Positions 1 through 13,700 of a stretch of 64,000 nt of DNA are shown here, piece after piece. The notes under the pieces are model-generated. The model saw only the letters and a program-made list of their open reading frames with translations, ran no database searches and had not been told where the DNA came from. The stretch's first letter is position 1, and the number at the start of each line of letters is the position of its first letter. Origin of the DNA: Tubulanus polymorphus (taxonomy: Eukaryota; Animalia; Nemertea). The stretch is taken from the NCBI RefSeq assembly GCF_964204645.1, contig NC_134035.1, forward strand, positions 6,076,001-6,140,000, given 5' to 3'. Made by a program: the position numbers and the translations under genes.

Positions 1-440
1 ACCCTGCCGCACACGGCACAGAAAACACGTTTTTCCTCGTGAAAAACGTTTCCGATTGTTTTGTTATGCCGTGTGGAGGAGTCAAAACACAAAATGTCGG
101 ACAAAAAACCTTTTTCACGAAACTGCTTGATTTGCGAAAAACGTTTTGTGTAGTCGAAAACGTTTTTTTGTCCCGTGTGCGGAGGATGTTTTGTGTTTTG
201 CAAAACATCCATAGCTGAATAACCAATCAACGAGCAACAATACATCAGGTGGCATCGCAAAAATTGATGTGAATAACTGAGTTTACTGTCGTCTCCATGG
301 ATTCTATGGTGCAAAAAATGTTTTCTGCACATTTTCGTTATGCAGTGTGCGTTGAACGTTTTTTCAAAACATTCACTCAAAATGTTTTGTGAAAAATTTT
401 TGTTTTAGTAGAACAAATGTTATGCCGTGTGCGGTGGGCT
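1..440. mobile_element. MITE-like non-autonomous DNA element in Greatwall intron
   Basis: Terminal inverted repeats: CCCTGCCGCACACGGCA at 2-18 versus TGCCGTGTGCGGTGGG at 423-438, with internal CCGTGTG subrepeats. Confidence 0.6.
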
Positions 441-461
441 TTATTGGTGAATCAGTCTTAC

Positions 462-3400
462 CTCGGTTGAGAATATTCTGGAAGACGAGATTGGCTGTTT
501 GATCGTTGAAAGGAGGGACGCCGGTGAGAAATTCAAACACGCAAACTCCCAGAGCCCACCAGTCAACTTCCGGTCCTACATATAGAAAAATATAGTTTAA
601 GATATTGGAACGTCTGTGATCTCATCCACTTCAATTTTCTATAAACGACAGGGTTGATAATTTACCGTGTTTTTGTTGACGTAGTAGTTCCGGCGCTAGG
701 TAATCCGGCGTACCCAGTATTCTATCCTCTTCCGTTTCTTCTCTCATCCCACGCCGGACGCTCTTCGGCGTTTTATACGGCGTCCGGATGCCCAGTTTTG
801 GTCCCGGTGTTTTACTCACGATGATTTGATTATTCTGTATTCGGAATAGATAAAACGTCAAAACATCTTTTAAAATAATATTCGAAAGTGAAGTGAGAAG
901 AAATCTGTATTTTTCAATAGTCAAAGTCAAATAAATCAAAATGATACATTGTTTCTCTGCAGCGGCCGGGTCATTTTAGTTAAATATAATAAAATTTTTT
1001 ATCAGTTCATTTCTCGAGCTGCTGGGTGTGTTAATGTAGGGGGTGGATAGGCGGCCAGCCGGGTCTAGTATTGAGTTCAGCAGAGCGGAGAAACAAGGTA
1101 TACATTTTTTTAATAGCCTTACAATCTATTTGAATTGATGGGAGGGTAAGAATAAACTTTGAACTGACCGCTTTAGACGCCGTGTTGTCTAGATAAACAG
1201 AACCGAATTGATATCGACCTCTACTGCCGAAACTACGTTCCGTAGCGATCAACGAATCGCGAAATTTCAGCAGTTTCGTTTTAGCGAGGTGCGTCTGTGG
1301 TTGTTGTTTACAATCAGGTGCTGGCGGCGTCGCAACCGAGGGCGACATACGACTTGAATCATCGTTTATACGTTTCCCATCACTGTCGTCTATAATCTGA
1401 CTGACCGGCGACAACTGATCGCTGCTGAAATGTAAAGAATCGATCGATTCCTCCGCCGCCGCCGAGTTTCCCGTTAAACTCGGTATTATCTGATTCTCCG
1501 GCGTGTGAAAATTCAAACTGTCTTCGTTACGAGACTGAAGCACGTGCAGACGCGATCGACTGGAGTCATCGAGGTGACTGAACGAACGCGCGTAACTCAT
1601 CTGCAGACTGTCGCGCGTGTTCCCCGAACGCATCAGTTCGAGGTCGTCGCTCGAACGGTCGCTGCCGTCGAAACTGAATTTGCGCCGTTCGATCGACGAC
1701 GCCGAATGACAGCGTTTAACGCGATGCTCGTCGCCGATTCGAAGAGCTCGGATCTCGGCCGTCATTCCGGTGTTCGCATTCACCGCGACGATCGATGATT
1801 TTCCCAACGGACTTTTCTCGACGAAATCGAAGCTGCGTTTTTGCCGACACGCAACGGCCCCGGCGCTACCGAACGACGGGTCGATGTTTTCGTCGATCGT
1901 AAAATCAGCGACGCTACTCGTGACGGCTCGCGTGAAATCGCGTTTAAAACTGTTAGTATTCGCCGGTTTCGCGAGTAACCGTTTGAAACTGGGCCTCGCG
2001 ACCCTCGACGGTAAATCGGGTGAACTGAACACGTTGGACGTCTCCGATTCGCTCGTTCTCATCGATCTCATATTCAAAGCCGCTCCCGAATATGACAGAG
2101 CCGTTTTACTTTTATGTAACTGCGGCGTCTCGGAGCTGACCGCACCGCTGTCCATACAATCGGGAGTCATCAGACACTCTCGTTCCCACGGTATCGCGTT
2201 CATACGTTTTAAATTATTCTGTTTGATCAATTCGAACGATCGATCGTTGGACGGAGATGTGATCATACGATCGTCGCAATCGCTTTGACTAGAACACGAC
2301 GATTGTTTTCGTTGCGGTTTTTCGTCGAGGTTATCGGATCGACTCGTTGCGAGCTGCAGCGGTGAACAATCGCTGCTGTGATCGCGCGACGACGTCCGGC
2401 CGCCGTCTCGCCGAGAGTAGCTATTCTCACTTCGTTCTTTATTGCATGAGTTTAACGAGTCAGCATTCCGCTTCTTCGGTGATGACCTCCTGATATTACT
2501 TCTTTCCGTCGGTGACCTCCCGATATCGCTCCTCTCCGTCGGTGACATCCCGATGTCGTTTGATTTCTCCGGCGTAAACATACACACACCCGCGATATGA
2601 TCGTCGACTGATATCGAGTCCTGTCTCGTAAGCGCCGGTCGCGACGTATTTATATTTGACGAGCGATCAAGTTGGGAGCGTTTTAAAGTCGGAGTCAGTT
2701 GTTTAACCGGCGGTTCTAACTCGATGCTTCGTTGCTGTTGAACTTTTGACGATGAATTGAAACTGCTTCCTATCAAACTACCGGCGCTGACTCTACTGTC
2801 TCGGCTGCCGTGGCGCTGTCGAGATCCGGATTGCATTTTCTGAAATATCGGAATCGGTTTCGATCAAACGCTAACTTAGAAATTTAGGGCCATTCCAAAA
2901 AATTGTCACTCTGACCACTTTTATGAGATGGCCTTTAAAGGGATTGAAGAAAGAATGCATTTTACGACTACCCCCGGTACTTACAAACGCTAAGAAGCTC
3001 GTCAAAGAAAGTATTTGCCCCGGTGTACGAAAATATTCCTTCTTTTTAGAGAATGAACTCGGCGATGGTAAAATGTCGACCAATTGTGGCTCTATCGAAA
3101 TAAATCAAATATAATTAAACGAACTACAGACAATTTAGGGAAGCCACACGCGAATCGTACTTCAAAATGAACTTACTTTTATCCATATGAATCTTCGACA
3201 ACCCGAAGTCGGTCAGTTTTATGTGACCATTGCTCCCAATTAGCATATTATCAGGCTTCAAGTCACTGCAAAAATCGAATATTCCGGGGTGAATTTTGAT
3301 ATGTAAGCTCTGGCTCTATAAATCTACAGTAGACTTCGCTCAAGTCGGATCTTTTGGGACCTTCAAAATGTGTCCGACGTGAGTGATATCCGAGTTGGAT

Positions 3401-6204
3401 GTAAATAGTGTCTCAAAAAATGATTTAAAAAACATCAGAGTTGAATGGATCCGACTTGTGCAGAGACTACTGTATTTCTGTGCATTGTTTTCTTACCGAT
3501 GTATAATTCCTCGTTTGTGTAAATACTGTAACGCCAGTACGACCTCCGCCGTGTAGAACACGGCCATATTCTCGTCAAAATAACCGCAGACGGCTAGCAT
3601 CGATTTTAAATCACCTCCGATCATATATTCCATAACGAGCCATACGTGATGCTGCGACTGCAGTGAATAGTACAAGTGTACAACGAACGGACTTTTAGTC
3701 ATCGCAAGAGCGTCGCGTTCTGCAATTACTGAAATCGGGATGAAATTCATTATCAAATTGAAGACAAAAACAATTAAAACATTGGACCTGTTTATTTCTA
3801 GGGACTTGAATCGAAACACTGGACCAATTCGTCTCTAAGGACTTTAATTGGAACACTGGACCAATTTATCTCTAGGGAGTTGTATTGAAACACTGGACTA
3901 GATTATCTCTAGGGACTTAAATTGACACACTGGACCAGTTTATCTCTAGGTACTTAAATTAAAACAATGGACCAGTTTACCTCTAGGGACTTAAATCGAA
4001 ACATTGGACCAGAGTATTTAGGAACTTCAATTGGACTGGTCAATCTAGGGAACTTCAATTGAACTGGTTTATTAAGGGACTGATATGTTTCTCATTTAGC
4101 TTACCTTGATTTACCATGTTCTTATCGACCATTTGTTCTTTTTTCATTATTTTGATCGCGTAAACTTTCAACTTGTTGTCTTTTTTACGTCCAAGGAAAA
4201 CTTTGCTATAAAGTAGTAAAATAAATATAACCTGCAGTTCAAACTGAATAGATTAAAACCCAGGGCCCAGTTGCACAGATGCGACTTCAGTACAAAAGTG
4301 GTCTAAAATCTTAAGACTAGTCTTAAGTTGTTAGAGTGGACTATAGAACAAAGATGGTTTTAGACTGGTCTGAAATCTAAGCCTTGACTATGCAACCGAC
4401 CCCTGAAAGAAACTGCAGTATATTTAGTCATAAAGTCCTTGATGAGAATATGACTCGAAAACTTAAACAATCAGCTAAATTAAATGGTGAAGAATTGTGG
4501 AACTGGATCTTTAGACTTTCAAAGCCTTTTCATTCAGGCCAATAACATAAAACTTACCCAAATGCGCCACGACTTATTGGTTTAATCACCTCAAAATCAT
4601 CCATACTCGGAGCCTGTAATATCAAACAAACATCTAGTACATTTCAGCTGAACTATCTGAGTGTCAGAACCACTACTGTAAGAGCCTAGCTATCTGTGGT
4701 GTGTCAGGTTGAGAGCTTAGAACTATCTGTCTGCCAGTTTGAGAGCCCAGGGCTTGAGATCGGGTTTTAGGGCTGATGATTTGGTTTGAGGGCTTGTGAT
4801 TGGATTAGGATTAATCATGTTTGGTCACTAATTATCAGTTAATCCATGCAAATCTAGGTTAATCTGAGCAAACACTAACTGTCCATTTGACACTATCTCA
4901 TCCTACAATAGGTCTTGAAACACTCTCTATTGTATTATTAGGTGATTATAGAATAAACTGTCTGTCAGGGGGGCTAATAATTAACTGTATGGAGTAATTT
5001 AGCAGCTCAGTTTTCTCTGCAAACAAACAGCTATTTTTCTTTCTTCACTTTTAAAAATCTCTATGTTTTTGAAGATCAATGTTCATACACTGTAGATTTT
5101 GTTTGTTGATACGCAACAGACCGCCCGGGCCGAGGAAGGGTTCGAAGGTAACGAACGAACCCCCAAAAATTTTCCCTTCTAAAAGTCATTTAAAAATTTG
5201 GGTAGGGGCGAATCCAGCCAGTTAATTTGAATATATTCCTCAAAATTATAGCTCAATGGCATGCCGGCGGTGAAACTCATAAAAGGGGGTTTGGGGTTCC
5301 TCCCTTAAAAAACTTGAAAAATCATTCTTTTTCCTTTTTTCCTATTATTTGAAGGTATTCTGGACCTGTAAGATTAGGTACTTCTAGAAAATATATTATT
5401 CAATTCTTCTGACTATATTCTGGAAAACAGTGGAATATAACTTACATCCGGTTAGTTGGGTAAAGATTTTTGAAATTTGGGTAGGCAATTATCATGTTTT
5501 TTTGGAAAATGAAAAGTGAGTGTTTATTTTTCCGGATGCCATTACAGCTCACTAGATGTCACCTCACTCAAAATCAGACATAATATACGGTAAAATAACT
5601 TTGTTTTAGACCGTAACCCAATCCGGCAAAATAACCACTTCCATTCTCAAATGATTTATTCAGGTGCTTCATATTTAGGATAGCTGCCCTTTTTTAAATG
5701 AGAAATTGACCTTTGACTGTGAAAAAGTGCCCTTTCCTTTTTCTTAAAGATAGAACTGCCCCTAATAAAATGCTTGGAACAGGTTTAGTTAGTTACCTAA
5801 TTGTTGGTGGTAAGCTTTTTATAATCGGATGGGCTTATACCAACCCTTAATCTGTTAATGGGCTTATGTGGTTTGTGAAAACATCCAATCGTGAAACTAT
5901 AAACAACAGACAGGTCACTGTAGTAGGCACCGGCCTGTGCAAAATTAAATTAAATTAGGAGTGATCAACCCAAAAAAATTTGATCTTCGGAATCATCCAG
6001 TCCTCCAAAACAAAATTAACCCCCGACTGAGGGAAGTCTTCTTGCCTTGGTCGGTCGTGGGAATGCCTGGGCTGGCATGGCAGTGGCGAAGCGAATTGTC
6101 GATATCAACAAATTGCACCCATCCCAAAATCTTCATTTTGAAATAATGACCTTCTTAGAAGAATCCGGGGTATTTGACGGCGCACTCCAATTCTCAGACA
6201 TCAT
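462..6204 (-). CDS. MASTL: Serine/threonine-protein kinase Greatwall (MASTL), 3'-partial; last exon(s) lie left of the window
   Basis: Minus-strand exons with GT-AG ends and consistent phases: 6204-6151 ([18 protein letters not shown]), 4613-4558 ([19 protein letters not shown]), 4205-4105 ([22 protein letters not shown]), 3728-3497 ([26 protein letters not shown]), 3265-3177 ([19 protein letters not shown]), 3091-2985 (..[11 protein letters not shown]), 2839-1169 (557-codon S/R-rich insert; 3' donor GCG|GTCAGT inferred from phase), 834-666 (..[27 protein letters not shown]), 575-462 ([31 protein letters not shown]). The AGC kinase split by a large insert between DFG and APE, plus [14 protein letters not shown] and TPKSVRRG, is diagnostic of Greatwall. 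Confidence 0.95.
3327..3472. mobile_element. Tc1/mariner-type MITE (TA target duplication)
   Basis: TA|CAGTAGACTTCGCTCAAGTCGGATC ... GATCCGACTTGTGCAGAGACTACTG|TA; a second copy in opposite orientation lies at ~63077-63225. Confidence 0.75.
3780..4080. repeat. ~39-bp minisatellite in Greatwall intron
   Basis: About 7 degenerate copies of ACACTGGACCAATTTATCTCTAGGGACTTAAATTGAA. Confidence 0.8.
4263..4403. mobile_element. Palindromic MITE, GGGCCCAGTTGC family A
   Basis: TIRs GGGCCCAGTTGCACAG / CTATGCAACCGACCCC with a CTTAAGAC/GTCTTAAG core; same family as 22799-22966 and 46001-46140. Confidence 0.75.
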
Positions 6205-6859
6205 CTTCGATTCCTTCGATCAAAAACGCATCAAAATGAATCCGTTCTGTTTATTGCGAAATGAAATTTGTTTGAATTTCCTGCCACAAATTCGACGACG
6301 ACACTACCTAACGGACGTAATATTTATCGAATACGACCGAGCGATCCGGATCATAATCGCTTGCCAGAGTTGGCCATCGAAAACCTTTGGGAAAGGATAA
6401 TAACTGTCAGTCCTGTTCCCTTTGTTTTTTCATTTTTCTTTCGTTTTTTTTTCGTGAGTGCTTTCTTGTGACAGTGACCTTAAGGCTCGGCTTTGCTTGG
6501 CTCACACGAAAGTTACTGTAGTTCTCTCTCTTTTTGTAATTGTGCTTGTTTAAAAATTGTAAATTTTATTCTTTGCTTTTCCTTTTCTCTCAATCTCTGT
6601 ACATTAGCCTGTCGGCTTTCCGTAAAATAAAATTGAACATGAACTTAGGGTAAGCTCCGGCTAGGGTTAGCTCCGACAACCATCCCCTGGCAAGCGAGGT
6701 ATGCAAGACGAAACGACGACAATTATTACAATTCCACCACGAACATTCATATGTTTTGAAAACTACTCTTAAATAGACAAAACAATACAAAATTCATAAA
6801 ATTATGCAATTTTTAATTTATTTATGTCAGTTCTATCTTAAACACTTTTACGCCGCTCC

Positions 6860-6925
6860 AGTTTTTGTTCGCGCTTTAGATAAAATCATGACGTCACCCA
6901 ACCTAGCGCAACCTCATTTGAATAT
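6860..6925. promoter_or_regulatory. Candidate shared promoter motifs between head-to-head Greatwall and BRD10-like genes
   Basis: The start codons are ~1.5 kb apart and divergent. An E2F-like TTCGCGC (~6868), a CRE TGACGTCA (~6889) and a CHR-like TTTGAA (~6916) cluster within 60 bp. Confidence 0.35.
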
Positions 6926-7745
6926 ATCCATACGTATCGCGCAGCTATCGAAATAATTCACGAGCCTCAACTGAGTAAATACACGATTGAACCATTCATG
7001 CATCGGCTCGAAATGTCATAGAAGTGATCAATGATGTTTTTAAATGTCTAAAACATGTATGAAATAGATAATTCACCGTAACATACATGATGAATGCGTA
7101 TGGATATGTTAATGTTAATTGATGTAATTCGGTGCAATTAACATGGTGCACTTTTCACTAATTGTCTCTACTCACTATTACAGCAGTACGGTACTATTTT
7201 GGAACCAGTACGTATTTACTGTAGGTTCGGAAACGAGCCGCTGACCCGCCTGAGAGACAGAACAGCTCGAGTGTTACTGATTAATCGAGTTGATTCTGAC
7301 AATCGTCCAAATATCTCATTTTATACAATAATAACAAAACGGTTCCATTTTTACTACTTCGCTACTCTCATGACAGAACCCTCAACTCAATTTTCATTCG
7401 TAATCTCGTAGTTAGCCCAGCAGACTTTATTTACATCCGATGACAGACAAGCACGTTGTGTTTATTTACATTTTACAAACTTTCAAAACAACCCTTCAAT
7501 GTAATAGGCCTATAAAAATTGGGTAGCCCTTTTCTGCATACCAAGTCTGCTGCTCAGTCCCTTACCCCTGCTGCAGGCTGTCCTGCCAATCACTGCTAGA
7601 TACAGAATAGTGTAGGCTAGGCCTAACATCATCTGATAAAGCCTAGTCGTTTGGCAATGACACAAAATAAGATTGATTTCATTTCAGGATTCTTATTATC
7701 GCCGTTCTAAATGGCTGCGAGGTGGCCGTGAAATAGTGAAACAGT

Positions 7746-10700
7746 ATGGAAACTGTGGGTAACACTACAGACAGTATACAGCAAGTCGAGGAATCAGATA
7801 CAGGGAAATCCCCTGGCATATTGGATGACCGAGGAGATGAAGAAGCTTCGATCAATGATGAGATGCCGATCCCGACTCCTGCTAACTTCATTCTGTCACA
7901 TCTTCACGAAATGGAGTTAAAATCGTCACCATCTTCGCCGTTAGAAAATAACGCTTCATCGGATTCCGCCGACGTCGTTAAAAAACCGGGCGGGCGTACA
8001 AGACGGAAGAGTTCACCGGATCCGAATATTCCAGTGATGGATTACGAGTTGCAGGAAGGTTATCGCATTCTGAAAGAGATGATGGCGATATCAAATAAGA
8101 CATTGAACTGGCCGTTCATTGACCCGGTTGACGGACAGATATACACCGATTACTATGAGCGGATTACTAAACCAATCTGGCTCAATAAAAGTAAGATACC
8201 AGTTTTATGATTAACTAACAGATTTCTCCGGTGGCCTGAAATTTGCTCGTGGAGTTTGCTGTTACACTATCAGTTATGAGTAGGCCTAACGAACAGATTT
8301 TCTGGTGGTGTCCTGAAAAAGGTTCAATCCACTGGCCTATTTGTTATATAAGGAACAATGTTTATAGGAGGTTTGTTGTAATCTGTAGTTTACAACCAGA
8401 TGAAGTTCCACTCTATCCAGTTAGGCCTCTATGAATAAGCGGCTTTTCTGGTGGCCTGTATTGTAACGAGGTTCCACTGTTTAATGCTTCTTTAAAACCT
8501 TGTTTCACCTGGGGATGATGGAAGCGGGCAGGTTGGTGTTGAACTTGCCGGCATTTGAGATCATCTGTCTCGGCCTTCAAATCTGCATCGAAAACTTTTC
8601 TTTTCATAAACACCTAGGCCTATTGTGAATAATTTTTTTTTAAACTTTTACTTTTAGAATGTAAAGCGCGGTGAAGATTTTATAATGGTGCTATATAAGA
8701 AAATATATAATAATAATTATTATTATTATCTGAGCATATATTAGGCCTAAAAACTCATTGTTTTTAGCCAGAGAAAGTTTATTTTGATTGTCGTCCGATG
8801 TCTCTCAGTCTTCAGAGTTTGCGATCTAGGCATCAAATTTTGAACATTCATGCATTCAAAATATCGCTGTAAAACTTTCATGATGCGTTTGTTGTATATT
8901 TTACAGTGAAAGAGAAGTTTATGAATCTGGAATACCAGTCGATTATGGAATTTGTGTCGGATTTTCGTCTAATGGTTGAGAATTGTAATCGTTATAACGG
9001 AATCGATCATCCAATCGCAAAAAAAGGACAACGATTCGAAGTCGTGTTGGACCAAAAACTTGCACTACTTTCAAGGTAATTAATTGGCTTCAGTCGGAAT
9101 TTTTTCGTTATTTGCTCAAATCGCTTGTGATCCGATCGGTGAATCTTGTGAATCATTTGCTCATTCGTTTCTTTTGATTCGATATTAAGGGATTTGAGGG
9201 AAAAAATCTCGGCAGCCACTCAGACAAATGAGGAAGACACTTTCACTGGTAGGTGGCTAATTCTTCATGCAGTGGTCAATGACACTCCTGTATCTATCCC
9301 CCCCTAGTCAGGAACTCGACACTAAATCAACACCATTATCATTTCCTTACTGTCAGGATTCAACATCAAAACTCTCTCATCTCAATAACCCTTGATCGAC
9401 AGGTTTTCACTTGATCATAGGATCATTGAAGGATAAGACACCGGGACGTTGTTACAAGAGATTAACCAGAGTCATTTCATGTCATTTAGGGTTAAACAAG
9501 GCAACTATTTTGAATAAATTGATTATCGTTTTATAGCTACTATTATTAATTAACATATAAGTACCGGTAATGAAAATCTATTAGTTGCAGTTTCTACAGA
9601 AATTCGACATAGATAAAAAGTATGGTCAATAGGAATTCGTTGTTGCTTGTAATTTGATTCATTATGAATTTGACGTGGAATACGTGACTATGTCTGTCTG
9701 ACTGGGGGTCGGGGGGTTACAGGATTGTCAATGATCGCTGCAAAAGCGGAGATACATAATTTAGAAGTTTCGGTTTGTGTAAATCGATCATACGATCATC
9801 CATCCGCTAGCGACTGATCGTGATTGTTGTGTATTTTTTTTCGTAACCCCTAGTGAACCGACGTAGAGGGCGCTTACTGATGCCGCATGATTCCGGTGCG
9901 AAGTTACTACAGCGACGGGAGGAAGCGTTGAAACGCGAAAAAGAGTTCCGTCGACAACAATTAGTCGAACGTAAAAATCAATACGAACAGCAAACTCAGG
10001 AGTTGAACGAGTGGGATGAGAGTCTGTTATCCGAGGAAAACATGGCTCAAATGAAAGCGATGTGGGAGGTAGGCCTATGTAAAATACATGAAGTGATATA
10101 CGTAATTAGCATAGCTGGGGCAGGTTGTCCACTTACCTGGAAACCAGGGAAATTTCTTTTCTTTGAAAAAGTCATGCAAAAGTCGGGGGATTTTGTGAAA
10201 AAGCTAAAATCCAGGGAAATTTGATGAGATTGCTAGATCGCGCGTAAAATCAAACCGTTCTTTGTTACTTCCCCAACCCTCCAGTCAACCAGGTAAAATA
10301 TTTTACAGCAGTTCCAACGCTACAAGAGTAACATGTGGTCTACTGTATTTGCATACCAACTATACTAGGCTTCGTGTCATCATGCCTTGTTACCCCAGCT
10401 AGAACATATATACCGGTATATATGATGACTAATGGTAAAGTTGATTAAAGATTGATAATATATATATTTGAATTGTATTTTGAACAGTTACCGCAGATCG
10501 GGTTGTTTTTGTACCTATGCTCGGATGCATTACGGGTCGGTGAAGTGCCGCAGTACGAACTCGAGCGATCGTTAATCCTTCCGCGCGAATCGATGATGAT
10601 GCGTTTGATAATGACGTCGCTGTTGCGCACGGTTACGCAGCGTATTCGAGACGACAAGAAACCGCTTTTCACGTACAATCAATGGATGCATAAACTTCGC

Positions 10701-13700
10701 ACGAAATTCGAGAAATGGTACCGCGTTCTGGAGACAAACTTACGCGATATTGAAAAGGTTTGTTCTACGGTTTGTTTGGTAAATACGGCAAAATATGGAC
10801 GGGTCAGATCGGTAAAATTCGGATAATTAATGCTCGAGGAATGGAAATATTGGGTCCCTCATTTTCAAATGAATTTCAGTCGCATAGTCGAATTTTCTAG
10901 GTCAAAATTGTAGTATAGTAAGTAATTTGAAGCGTTTCTTAAGTGATATTGAAACCCTCCCAGTCTCCCAGTCTCAGTACATCGGACCAACGCATGGTTT
11001 GCTGTATTCAAAATCTTTGAAAATCAGGAATAAGATCCTTCGATTTTTCATTTCAGACAACGAAAACCCTCGGGGTCGAGCCGCGGTTTTTTGAAGTGTT
11101 AGGTCTAGAAAATCCTTTATTATCGAGAAGATTCCACGAGTTGAATTTATACCAGCGAGTTTGGATCGTGAAATCGCTGTGCGATCATGTGTTGGTAAGT
11201 TGAATAGATTTTACGTCTGTTCGACGTTTTGGCCTGTGAAATATTCGCGAAGGCGTAACGCGTCTACTGTAGATTAATAAGAAAGTTCCACAAGAATGTA
11301 CAGAACGATCCCATTCCCTCCTGCTGATGTCTATTTGTCAACAGCCGAAACATTGCGGTTTCATTTTATGATGATAATAGTAATAATGATTTATTTGCTT
11401 TATCATAAAATAATCTTAGCGCTTTTCTGTAAAAAGGTTACAATAATACAGTTGACTCTGCCTATATGCCGGGACCGAAAGAAACGTTACCGGCATAGAC
11501 AAATACCGGTATAGGTTTTTGTTTCTTTCACGTTGACCAAAAGTCAAGACAGAAAATCTTTTTGTTGTTTAACCGGTTTGAACCGATTACCGATTAAGCT
11601 GGCACTGAGTGCTGTAGGCTGAGTCCACTGTGATACAAAATCTTCAATACTTTAACGCATTAGATTCTATTGTATTCACTTATGTAAAGGGTTTGCATTT
11701 TGCAGGAAACTCAAGATGGATTACGCGATGCTATTGAAGCGAATCCTCCGGCTGATCAACGTGAATACTATCTCGGTACAGACGCTCAGGGAAACACATA
11801 TCTTCACTTTCCTCAATTCTGTGGACAGGATTTACGTATTTATCGCCAGGCTTTGATCAAACTACCTGAAATGGATAAACCAACGGTATGTAGTTAGTAT
11901 CGGAACGATTTCATTATTTAAACAAACTTATCGATTATCTACTAATGCCCATTTCAACTTTGCTTGAGAGTTGGTATAGCTCAGTTAGTTTTGTTAGCAC
12001 ATACCTGATATAGGTCTGAGGCAACCCCATTTAAAGAAGAATTTTTTGCAATCCTTCAATACAGAGTAAAAATGGATTAAATATATATGTTTTAGTTCAA
12101 CCGCCCATCTGCGCTTGTACTATTTTAAGACTTGTATCAGGTATGTGCGACTTAAACTGACAGAGGCCATTCGACGTGTGTGTAGCAGTACTAAATAACC
12201 GTCTGCATGAATTTAGTTTCAATTTTCACTCATAGTTGGAGGGTTAGTACCTCTTATACAGAATGGCCACTCATATGGAATTCAGGGAAATCAGGGAATT
12301 TTCACGTAAAAGGTCATGGAATAGGGAATTTTATGAAAAAGGTCAAAATCATGGAAAAGTCGGGGAACTGTATACCTTTTTCATTGCTGTCTAAAAATTC
12401 GAATACCGTAGTTAAGACAACTTTGGTCTTGGAATTTTGGTAAATGTCCAGGGAAAAGTCAGGGAAAAACAAAATCAGATAAGAGTGGCCACCCGGTAAT
12501 GCCGAATTGATTTGAATTGAATGATGCCATTGGGTTCGAATCCTGGTGAGGGGTGTAACATTATCTGCGATAGTGAAGAGGTTAATGTTTTATTGTGAAG
12601 CGAACTCACCGACGATCAGGTTATAATGTTTGTTGCTGTCGGCTTGTCTCTTTTCTCTCGTATTTGTTAAAGTTTATATCTGATTATATGTGTTTTACAG
12701 ACACCAGTGAAACCGGTGAGAAAACGTCGAAGACCGGCGTCTCGAAAACGTAAAAAAAAGAATTCAACTCCTAGAAGTCGCCCGAGTCGATTAAGACAGG
12801 TAAGAGAATTATGAAACTAACACATTCGCAGCTGACTATGTGGTATCTCATAGTCTATGTTCTGCCAACCCATTGCCACAATGAGTTAAACCTGAAAGTG
12901 CAGACACTTCCTCAAGATTCGAAATTTTTTCCTTGTAAGAAGAATGACCAATCTGTAGGAGGAATTACTGATCTGTAGGAGGAATGACTGATCTGTAGGA
13001 GGAATGACTGATCTGTAGGAAGAATGACCGATCTGTAGGAGGAATGACTGATCTGTAGGAGGAATGACTGATCTGTAGGAAGAATGACCGATCTGTAGGA
13101 GGAATGACCGATCTGTAGGAGGAATTACTGATCTGTTGGAGGAATGAGCGATCTGAAGGAGGAATGACCGATCTGTAGGAGGAATGACCGATCTGTAGGA
13201 GGAATGACCGATCTGTAGGAGGAATGACCGATCTGTAGGAGGAATGACCGATCTGTAGGAGGAATGACCGATCTGTAGGAGGAATGACCGATCTGTAGGA
13301 GGAATGACCGATCTGTAGGAGGAATGACTGATCTGTAGGAGGAATGACCGATCTGTAGGAGGAATGACCGATCTGTAGGAAGAATGACCGATCTTTAAAA
13401 GGAATTACTGATCTGTAGGAGGAATGAGCGATCTGAAGGAGGAATGACCGATCTGTAGGAGGAATGACTGATCTGAAGGAGGAATAACCGATCTGTAAGA
13501 GGTTTTCCCAATCTGTAGTAGGAATGACAGATCTATAGGGACCCTGCGCGAGGTTCAACATGTTGAATGAGATTGAGAACGATCACATGTTTATAATCTA
13601 CATCAATTGACTCGAGCGTTGTTTGTGTATTTTTAGGTGATTAAAACCGTATTGAAAGAAGCGAGTGGAAGTGAGAACGAGGAAGAGAATGATGATCAAT

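Noticed and set aside
1505-2288. Plus-strand ORFs 1505-1798 and 1770-2288
   Set aside because: Antisense shadows of the large Greatwall exon.
6467-6478. TGTGACAGTGAC matching miR-210 positions 9-20 upstream of Greatwall
   Set aside because: No seed pairing and no hairpin; a 12-mer match somewhere in 64 kb is not improbable (roughly 0.1 expected).
12525-12555. tRNA-like GGTTCGAATCC B-box
   Set aside because: No A-box or cloverleaf; at most a SINE remnant.
12965-13561. 198-aa repetitive ORF / CRISPR-like appearance
   Set aside because: Head-to-tail 20-bp minisatellite without unique spacers, inside a eukaryotic intron.
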